Position numbers and translations under genes: made by a program. The notes under the pieces are model-generated. The model made no database searches and was not told where the DNA came from. It was given only the letters and a program-made list of their open reading frames with translations. A stretch of 61,783 nucleotides of DNA, the filler included, from Choristocarpus tenellus KU-1152 (taxonomy: Eukaryota; Protista; Phaeophyceae): the NCBI GenBank assembly GCA_964200185.2. It is 6 parts of 6 records of this genome, joined end to end, with 100 filler letters (N's around TTAATTAATTAA, not from the genome) between each part and the next. Parts side by side here need not be neighbours in the genome. Positions count along the whole stretch, not along the records: positions 53,600 to 59,054 come from CAXNAD020010724.1; positions 59,155 to 61,783 come from CAXNAD020026142.1; 4 more parts are not named here. One strand, given 5' to 3'. Of this stretch, positions 53,751 to 61,783 are shown piece after piece; the stretch's first letter is position 1; each line of letters begins with the position of its first letter.

Positions 53751-55686
53751 CTGGTGCAGGACGTTGGCCAGTGAACCGCCATCCATGTACTCTGTCACAA
53801 TGGTGATCGCTCCCTCTCGATAGAATGCTCCGAAGAACTCAATGAGACTGTTCCAGATGTGTAAGCAGGGAAAAGGGGATCTATATCTCAGGTGCGAAGC
53901 ACAAATCCATGGGAGGTGTCATGAACAACAAACAAGACAGGCAGCAGGTATGCCGTGGTAGGTGGGAGCATGCCACACACTCTGGAGTATGGCCACCAAG
54001 TGGAAGTAGCCGGTGTTGAATGCAAACGACAATCAATCTCAATTATATGCGTTGAGGATTTCATTATCCAACTTGAATGTGATCCCCCACCATTTCATTT
54101 TTTGCAGCATCATGTTGCAGTGATAGATGTTTTCGCTGCAGTTAACATGAGTACCACATCCTGCGCTGAAAAACATCTTCTAGTGCAATCTGCTCAATAA
54201 GGCACACACCATGCCCTGTATTCTTACCAGGGGTTATCTGCATGGTAGAGTGCATCAATCTCGGTGATGAGCTGATCCCTCTTTCCTTTGTCAAACAAGT
54301 TGATGACCTTCAAGTGTTGCCACGAATATGTAAGGGACATAGGTTTATGTCACTATAGAATATATATATTGGGCGTGAGGAATTGAGTATGCTGTAGATA
54401 TGGGTAACGATATGTGCATGTATGCAAGTCATTGGGACCTAGTTTTAGACTGAATGCTGGTATCTGTACAATGTCCTAGTTATGTTTCCATTGGTAGCAC
54501 CCATCATATTGCATCCATCTCTACAAAAAAGTTAATTCAAAGATATTCCATTTGAGAGATATGGCCTATCATTATTTCTCTCATTGGAAATACATTGTGA
54601 GCAATCGCTAAACTGCAAATCTGAGAAAGATCACAAATTTGTTCAGAGCCAAAGGAGGAAGTGCACCATGCTCTAGACATGTGTGATAACGCTGGTATTC
54701 ACGATCTTTATAACCAGCAGAATTTGCAATACAGTAATATCCAGAATATATGAACTACTACAATGCGTAATGGCATGTATCTTCTTGGACCTTCCTTACC
54801 TTCAGCGCTACCGACTGGTTTGTTCCGAGGTGCCTGGCACGCAAGACAAAGCTGGAGCAGCCCCGTCCAATTAGTTCTGCAATCTCCAGGTCCTCGTACA
54901 CAACCTGGAAGGTTGAAGATGCGAGGAATGCGTTTAAGGCCTGGAAAGAGGTACGTCCATCCCAAGCCAAAGTCCCCACATAAGAAGTGTGTAGACATTA
55001 GGTGGGTAGATTGCCATGAAGATATTTGTTAAGGAATAGTTGTGGGCAAAGACATCACTACAACCACGGACTAACTATACACGAATAGACTATAAAAACA
55101 AAGTACGGGAGCGCAACCACAAACACACATGCTCCCCTACAAGCCACAGCACATCCCACCCTTGGGACGGCCTTGGGTGGGATTCCACCGCAGACTTCGG
55201 AGACTGGGAGAGTTACCACCCGGTTTCTAGAGGGATGGGGATAGAGAATCGGGCGTCAAGCACGATAATAGTGCACGAAAATGACCGACACCAGTGCTTC
55301 GAAAGGGGACATAGTTGGCTCACTGTGAAGCCGTGATCTGCCCCATCAAGGGTGACACCATTCGAATGAATCTCCAATGCACCCTTACGGAAGGCGTCAC
55401 CTGATTGGACGTGTAGGTTGGGAAATAGACAGATGTGGATTGCTGAGGGCACGAGCATGGGTATGGTGCCACGACTACTTGTCGGAAGAGGTAAAGGGAA
55501 TTGGAAATCAGACACACATACAATTTTTGGTGTCACTTTGCTTCGGTGAGACCCAACATTCTCATTTCTGAAGCTCTCGGCGTCCTTGCGAGTCTTACCA
55601 CGTTGGTCATTGTGTGTATGTAGATCGAAGGACGAGTCGACCGCCCCTCCAGTGTTTATGGACAGCCCCCCACGACTCTTGTCCAT
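53751..55686 (-). CDS. MAP kinase kinase (STE7 family), first five exons: 55686-55599, 55400-55324, 54904-54800, 54307-54228, 53847-53751; remainder lost in gap
   Basis: Phase-consistent exons. DLEIAELIGRGCSSFVLRARH...VALK-VINLFDKGKRDQLITEIDALY..NPCLIEFFGAFYREGAITIVTEYMDGGSL are kinase subdomains I-V typical of MAP2K, resembling plant MKK3-like sequences. Confidence 0.9.
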
Positions 55687-55984
55687 GTTGGAATGGACCC
55701 GTCGAAGTGGTGACGGACACGGAACTAAAAAACCACCCTCCGTCGTCGTGTCGGTGATTCACCTTTCCTTACAACAGCGCATTTTAGTCCGCGTTTCTCC
55801 TGAAGGTACCAACAACGTTACACTACGTCCTAAATTCTCTGTGGGGGTACAAATGCGTTTGTCGAGGTCTTGGAATGTGCGATGAGAGTTAATAAATCGC
55901 TTCTTTTTCTTTTTTTGAAACCGTTGAACTGGTGTTCACGACAACACACTCGAGATAATGGCTCAATCAGTGTAGAGTCGAGAC
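55687..55984. promoter_or_regulatory. Putative bidirectional promoter and 5' UTRs between MAPKK and the CEP131-like gene
   Basis: 298 bp between divergent ATGs; visibly CpG-richer than the surrounding introns. Confidence 0.6.
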
Positions 55985-58849
55985 ATGGTTAAGGACGCAA
56001 GGCGCACTCTGGCATCAGCAAGTCCAGCCTCTGCGGCTGCTGCGTTTAGTATTGTGAAGGATCAACTTGTGTCTTTGTCGCTTGAGAGAGAGGTATTTAT
56101 GAATGAAGCCATATGGCTTTGTTGATGTTGATAATGTAGTTCACTTCAAGAAAAATATAGAAGGAAGCGAGACATCTGTACAGTTATTGGCTAAGTATTA
56201 TTACGTGCAGATGTCTTCTTGGTCGACTATGAAGAGGAGCCTAGTCCTACTGTCCCATATCCCTCGAACCATACACATGTCTCATGCTCAACTGCAACTA
56301 TAATTGGTTTGTTGCGACTCCGATGGGGCGTACATCTCGACGTAAAAGGACTGCACTCAGGCCATCGATCTACTCAGGGAGGGTCTTGATCGGGAAGAAA
56401 AGCATGCCAAAACCCTCGCTGAGGTAAGCCTGCCCTAAGTCTCTTACTTTCACCCATAAACCAATGATCCAAGTCAGCTCAAGATTGCCCATGGACTGCA
56501 ATCTCATCCCTAAGAGCCGAGCCAAAGTATCTTAGAGGGTAGAGCTGCGTCCATTTGGGGGTCAAAATCCAATGTTCCGATTTTTATGTAATTTTGACTA
56601 TCGTGCTTTTAAGGAAGTATCAATATCCTTGCTCCGGACACACCTTTTCATAACATATAAATATTACCTACTCCGAAACATATCGGAGTAGGAAAATGTC
56701 ATAAAACACCTGTAGGAAGCCAAGTCCCAAATGGACAAACAGGGCAAATCTCGTACCCTCTAAGATACTTTCTCTCAGCCTCCCTCTTCGACCTAAGAAC
56801 TGTGCATCGCAGTGATTCTTGGAGAAGCAACTTGAACAACGACATTGCGCCCAAAGTTGAAAAACACAATCTTCCCCTCCACTACATCCTAAAGCGCAAT
56901 ATCTCATGTATTTTTCAATTGCACAGGAAGTTCGAGCACCACACCAAACCAGACTGGATGCCGCAGAGATCCAGCACAAACAGACGTTATCCATGCACCT
57001 CGATACAATGGACAAGGTGAGATTTAAGCATATTGGGGCAAAACGAGCGACCATTTTCAATGTGCTGGGCACTACTCATGAAGTGTAGATGCATTCCGTG
57101 AGAATCACTGGCTTACACCAGTCAGTTTTTTTGCTTCGTATCTCCCCCACTCTCAGGACTTAATGAAAAAACATAGTATCAGAGGTAGAAATAGATGTAC
57201 TCAACAGCTCAGAAAGCAATTTTTAGCACAGACTTTGACCTCGAACGCCCCCCCCTTTGCCCCGCTTCCTCTCAATGAACTACCGTGCACCAGCTGGTGA
57301 AGCGCAAGCAAGACCTCGCGGCGGAGGCGAAAAACCTTCTTCATCAGGTTGAAATACGCTCCAACAGCAGAGATTAGCACAACCCCAATCAACAATATAT
57401 CTATCTTGTAGTTCTACTCCAGACTTGCCCGTAAACATTCAGTGTATATCTGTACATGTAGATTCATTGAGAATTTAGGGGGACCAAAGAAGGAGGACAA
57501 ACACCAATTGGTGCTTTGTTCTGGATCTGGGATCTACAAGTATATGGGGCAAGTTGGATACTGAGATTTGAGAACAGGAGATTTGCGTATTGTGAACGTG
57601 TCCAAACTAATGTTACCAACTGGTTCCTTGCAATAGTAATGAAAGACAATTTGTTGTGGAGAAGGGAGGAGGTCTACCAGGGCACACTGAATCCCAGGTT
57701 TAAACAGGCACCCCCACTCATTATCGATTATCTAAACCCTATCACCAACTATTAGAATGACAAAGAAAATCAAATCAAGTCACACAATAAAAAAAGCATT
57801 AGCGGGGTATCCCTTAAAAGAGCCGGTTTATCTTAGGGTTAGGGTAGGGCCGCATCCACTTGGGGGCCAAAATCCAAAGTTGCGATTTTGATGTAATTTT
57901 GGCTATCGTGTTTGTTAGGAAGAAAGAGCCAGTATCCTTGTTCCAGGGACACACACCTTTTCATAACGTACACGTTTTACCTACTCCGAAACATTTTGGA
58001 GTAGAAAAAATGTCACAAATAAAAAAAAACATGGGAAGTCAAGCCCCAAATGGACAAACAGGTGGCAAAACTCGTACCCTCTATAAGATACTTTCACTCT
58101 TTTATAGGACACTTATGTTCTCTAGGTGTCCCGGTGTGCCTTCTCCCCTTGAAGAGGCAACCTGAACTATTGGAGTTTGTTTGCTTAGCTACCCTTCCAC
58201 ATATCACACCTGGATTAATTTCTGGTCATCACTCAGAAAACGAGGGGGTACCAAAGCTCTTTTTGGCCGTTCCGCACTTTGAGTCATACACACACACACA
58301 CACACATATATATATATGTATTTTTTTCATTTTTTTGTGCATCTCATCCGTATTTGTTGTACGGATGAAGTTCTAAGTTCCGTCTTTGAATTGAGAGCGT
58401 TTGATTTCTACATTATTTCAACTCTCTTTTATTGCCAACAGAATTCAAAATATTAATATATATATATATTCATACATATATGTGTGTGTGTGTGTATCAT
58501 CCTAAAACCTAAAATACGCAATTTGTGAAAAAAATTAATAAATAAAATTTACCTGGATTATTTTACACGTATTTTGTGAGAAAACCCTTTTCTTTTTTTT
58601 AGTTTTTTTTTTTACTCCGGGTACCCCTCTCTCGCTTGCTTCAACCCTAACCCTAACCCTAACCGTAAGAGCAACGCCCTCGTGTTTCTGGTGGGCTGCC
58701 TGCCTGCCTGCCTGCCTGCCGTGGTCCATCTTGTTTCGTGATGGCCTCCGTAGGTGAAGGATCAGCAAGCTACAACGGCATCCACAGTACTGGAGGTTCA
58801 AGAGAAGGCCAAGGCTGAGCTTGAGGAAGTGCAGGTCGTCTGGGCACAG
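55985..58849 (+). CDS. CEP131: CEP131/AZI1-like coiled-coil protein; exons 55985-56092, 56349-56423, 56927-57016, 57294-57347, 58754-58849; 3' part lost in gap
   Basis: Five phase-0 exons give ..LVSLSLEREDCTQAIDLLREGL...HKQTLSMHLDTMDKLVKRKQDLAAEAKNLL...AELEEVQVVW. This aligns without gaps to my recollection of CEP131 LKLEVEEKKQAMLLLQRAL...HYEATIQRHLAFIDQLIEDKKVL. Gene structure is well supported; identity is moderately supported. Confidence 0.65.
56519..56776 (+). mobile_element. Full-length MITE (~260 bp) with perfect 18-bp TIR core
   Basis: aaagtatcttagagggta (56524-56541) / taccctctaagatacttt (56754-56771); subterminal gtccatttggg/cccaaatggac; internal hairpin cctactccga..tcggagtagg. Confidence 0.9.
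57820..58099 (+). mobile_element. Full-length MITE copy
   Basis: Collinear with 56519-56776; left TIR is altered to ..tatcttagggttagggta. Confidence 0.85.
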
Positions 58850-58880
58850 GTACGAGAACCCTAACCCTAACCCTAACCCT
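58644..58880 (+). repeat. Interstitial telomere-like (CCCTAA)n tracts on both sides of a coding exon
   Basis: (ccctaa)3 at ~58645-58663 and (ccctaa)3-4 at ~58857-58880. Confidence 0.9.
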
Positions 58881-59054
58881 GGCTGGCAGTAGCCTCGCCC
58901 AGGTCATAAATTCCGCAACAATAACAACGAAAAAAAAAAGACTGCATGGGATTTAAAAAAAAAAAAAAAAAAAAAGTTCTCGCATTCTCACTTCGATTAC
59001 ATATTTTATTATTTTTTTTTTTTTTATTTTTTTTTTTTTTTTTTTTGAGTCGTT

Positions 59055-59154
59055 NNNNNNNNNNNNNNNNNNNNNNNNNNNNNNNNNNNNNNNNNNNNTT
59101 AATTAATTAANNNNNNNNNNNNNNNNNNNNNNNNNNNNNNNNNNNNNNNNNNNN
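59055..59154. other. Artificial contig spacer
   Basis: N44-TTAATTAATTAA-N44. Confidence 0.98.
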
Positions 59155-59539
59155 CCCTCTTTTATCCCTTCTCCCTTTGCCCCCCCCCCCCCCCCCCCCC
59201 CCTGTGTGACATCTACCTGTCTGAAGATATCTCCGCACATCATTTCTTTTTTTTATTTGTGAAAACGAAAATAATTACTTGAATTATCAGGTCAAATAAT
59301 TATCAGGTCCTTTTAAGGCAAAATGAAAGGTAGCAATTGAGCAGGTCAAATACATGATAGGATGAAGACACACTGGAAAATGACAGAAGACAAACAAGCA
59401 TCACATTTGCAAATGACACCTCCACATCATTAACGAAAGACCACAAAAGTGTCATCGATTTCAACCTCGTTGCTGCAATACAAAGACCACAAAGACTACT
59501 ATGGATACATACATACATATCACACAAAAACTATTGCTA

Positions 59540-59822
59540 ATTTATTGAAGTATACACCATTACTAGGGTTAGGGTCAAAAGTATTGCTGATTTAGAATAT
59601 AAACTAAAAATAGGGTTAGGGTCAAGTATTATCATCTTAAAGCACACACCAATACTAGGGTTAGGGTGGAATATGAATGATTTGAAGTATACACCATTCC
59701 TAGGGTTATGGTCAGTTATTACTGATATAAAGTACGCACCACTACAAGGGTTAGGTTCAATTACTACCAACTTAAAGTATGACCCACTCCTAGGAATATT
59801 AACATCAGGTTAGGGTTAGGGC
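59540..59822 (+). repeat. 45-bp tandem minisatellite with TAGGGTTAGGGT core, ~6 diverged units
   Basis: Core starts at 59564, 59611, 59656, 59701, 59746, 59791; consensus ~gatttRaagtatacaccattactagggttagggtcaagtattact. Confidence 0.88.
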
Positions 59823-60480
59823 TCAGAGGATACTTGAAACTACACGTAGACCCGAGATGTAAATAGGATTATCCTTGAGGTATGATCGGCAGTAAAATAG
59901 GACTACCACTATGAAATAAACCAGTAACAGTACCATATGACTACTACTATGAAATAAACCAACAACACTATGATGTATTCAAATTATACCATCAATGGTA
60001 TACCTCAACCATCATACCAACCCACCGACAACCCCCCCAGCAACTAATGGGCAGCAACCCTTGATTTTTCGAAAAATACATAGAGATGTAGATACGTATT
60101 TAGACCTCATTCGCTCGCCTGACAAGCATTACAAAAACAAAATAGTCTCTCTCTTGGAGTTCACTACTACGACCGTAAACCCTTACACACTAAAATGAAA
60201 AAAACGCCTCTAGGGTGTTATGAAAAAACCTCGTACACAGTGAACAGTTTAGACCACTGTACCAAATTCTACTTGTTCAACACCATGCACTCTCTCAAAA
60301 ACTATCACAATCTAAATATAATAATAATAATAATTCTTATTATTATTATTATATTATTTATTTATTTTAAGAAAATTGTTTTACCTAGGGCACTCTTCCC
60401 TTCAACTTCAAGTCCAGCGAAGACATGCTGTACACACGACTGGAAACTATCCTCACGATAGGACAAGTGCGTGTAAGACT

Positions 60481-60560
60481 GATTCGAAGATTCGCTCAAA
60501 GATTCGAAGATTCGCTCAACGATTCGAAGATTCGCTCAATGATTCGAAGATTCGCTCAAA
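60481..60560 (+). repeat. 20-bp tandem repeat x4 (gattcgaagattcgctcaaN)
   Basis: Four units identical except at the last base (a, c, t, a). Confidence 0.95.
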
Positions 60561-61591
60561 CAAGAAAAAAAAACTTCAAAGATTCATTCAAATCAGCACC
60601 ACCAACGGGCTCTAGAAAGAAACTCTCAAGAGAGTGAGTGTATCTCCAGCAGTGTCTTCATTCACCAGCACCAACACAAAAAAAAAAATGTTTTGTTTTT
60701 TTACCTGTGCATGCATTGTGCTTTCGAGGGAACAACCCGGTAGTGTGATGTGATAGGACATCATCAAGCCATTCCCTTTTTTTTAAAATGTTCAATTCAC
60801 TCCGTAGCACCACACTGAATATAAAAATAAATAGTACTGCCATTGGGAAACAGAGTACACACGATATACACAAAATATGCAAAAAACATACACACACAGA
60901 CATACATACATACAGACATACATGCAAAGAGATACATATTACACAACAAATGACATTTGACCGCATGTCAAAGGGCTATATTGGGTAGGGTGAAGGTAGT
61001 GGAGAAGTTCCAGACTAAGGTGAGAAATCAAAAATAAAAGTAATAGTAACACACACTCACAACTCACAACATTTTAGCCTTGTCATCATCACATAAAGAA
61101 AAAATATATATTGAAGTTAACATTGATAGCCATAGTGTTTTGCGCGTGTAAGAGTATCACAGTATAAAAAGAACCACATCTCAACCAATAAAAAGTCTTG
61201 CAAATCACATTGAGCCAATACGATCATATCTTCCCTTCACATCAAAAGGCAACACTTTACACCAATACTAGAAAAGCACAGTGCATCACACGCAACCCAC
61301 GGGGTGATCATCCCTTCTCCTCCCAAAGAAGGGGAAACACTTTCCACCACCAGAAAGGTCCTGCTTACCACACTAAGCCAGCCAGACGATCGATCACCCC
61401 TCTTTTGACACAAAACCCTAACACTATACCCCATTGAAAAAAAAAAGATAGCCCCCATTCCCTCCACGACCTCCCCTTCCTCTCTCAATCTCTAGACCAC
61501 CCCTCCAGCACAATTCTCCACCTATCACACCACCAACAACTTCAGCCCTAACCCTAACTGACAGTTGAAAAGGAAGCAAACGAGCTCTCAC

Positions 61592-61672
61592 CTGTGGCTC
61601 TACCACTATCTGTAGAAGCATCATGAGGCAATCCGGGTTCTGGCACAGGGCCCGAAGCTGGGCCTCAGCTGC
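61592..61672 (-). CDS. Internal exon of an importin-beta family protein (IBN_N region)
   Basis: tttcctcag|GCA...CAG|gtgaga, 81 nt: AAEAQLRALCQNPDCLMMLLQIVVEPQ fits the 'AAExxL...P.....LLQI' start of importin-beta/importin-7-like proteins. Confidence 0.65.
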
Positions 61673-61783
61673 CTGAGGAAAGCAGCAGGTGGCAGGCAGG
61701 TAAACGTCGGGGGGGGGGGGAGGAGAGTGCAAAAAAATGGAATATTTTTTACGAATCCCTCAAAAAAACTCCTTCTCTCTTTT

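Noticed and set aside
59540-59822. CRISPR-like look of a conserved core with variable linkers
   Set aside because: Linkers are homologous to one another, the core is telomeric, there are no cas genes and the context is eukaryotic.
60481-60560. 20-bp repeats as a CRISPR array
   Set aside because: No spacers between units.

Overview
Eukaryotic genomic DNA. Six contigs are joined by artificial 100-nt spacers (N44-TTAATTAATTAA-N44), so adjacency across spacers is not trustworthy. Intron-rich genes with 0.1-4 kb introns, CCCTAA repeats in introns and the gene content suggest a photosynthetic, flagellate-stage stramenopile, probably a brown alga or close relative (inference). The ORF track is mostly noise; I rebuilt genes by hand from GT/GC-AG junctions with consistent phases. 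These are: the 3' end of a PebB-like ferredoxin-dependent bilin reductase; the middle exons of XPF/ERCC4; an apparently complete 10-exon formyltetrahydrofolate deformylase (purU) with a GC-AG intron; the 5' half of a MAP kinase kinase lying head-to-head (298 bp) with a short CEP131/AZI1-like gene; and one importin-beta N-terminal exon. Introns and intergenic DNA hold decayed mobile DNA: two Ty1/copia relics, a CRE/R2-type LINE end, a 5-copy MITE family and possible KDZ-transposase relics. The strongest unexplained signals are two intronic fold-backs (a near-perfect 83-nt pre-miRNA-like hairpin in purU and a ~470-nt G:U-biased inverted repeat in XPF), a 45-bp satellite built on a telomeric core, and telomere-like or CCTG motifs near splice sites. 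I found no CRISPR array or confident tRNA/rRNA, and I cannot demonstrate a new multi-gene system from sequence alone.
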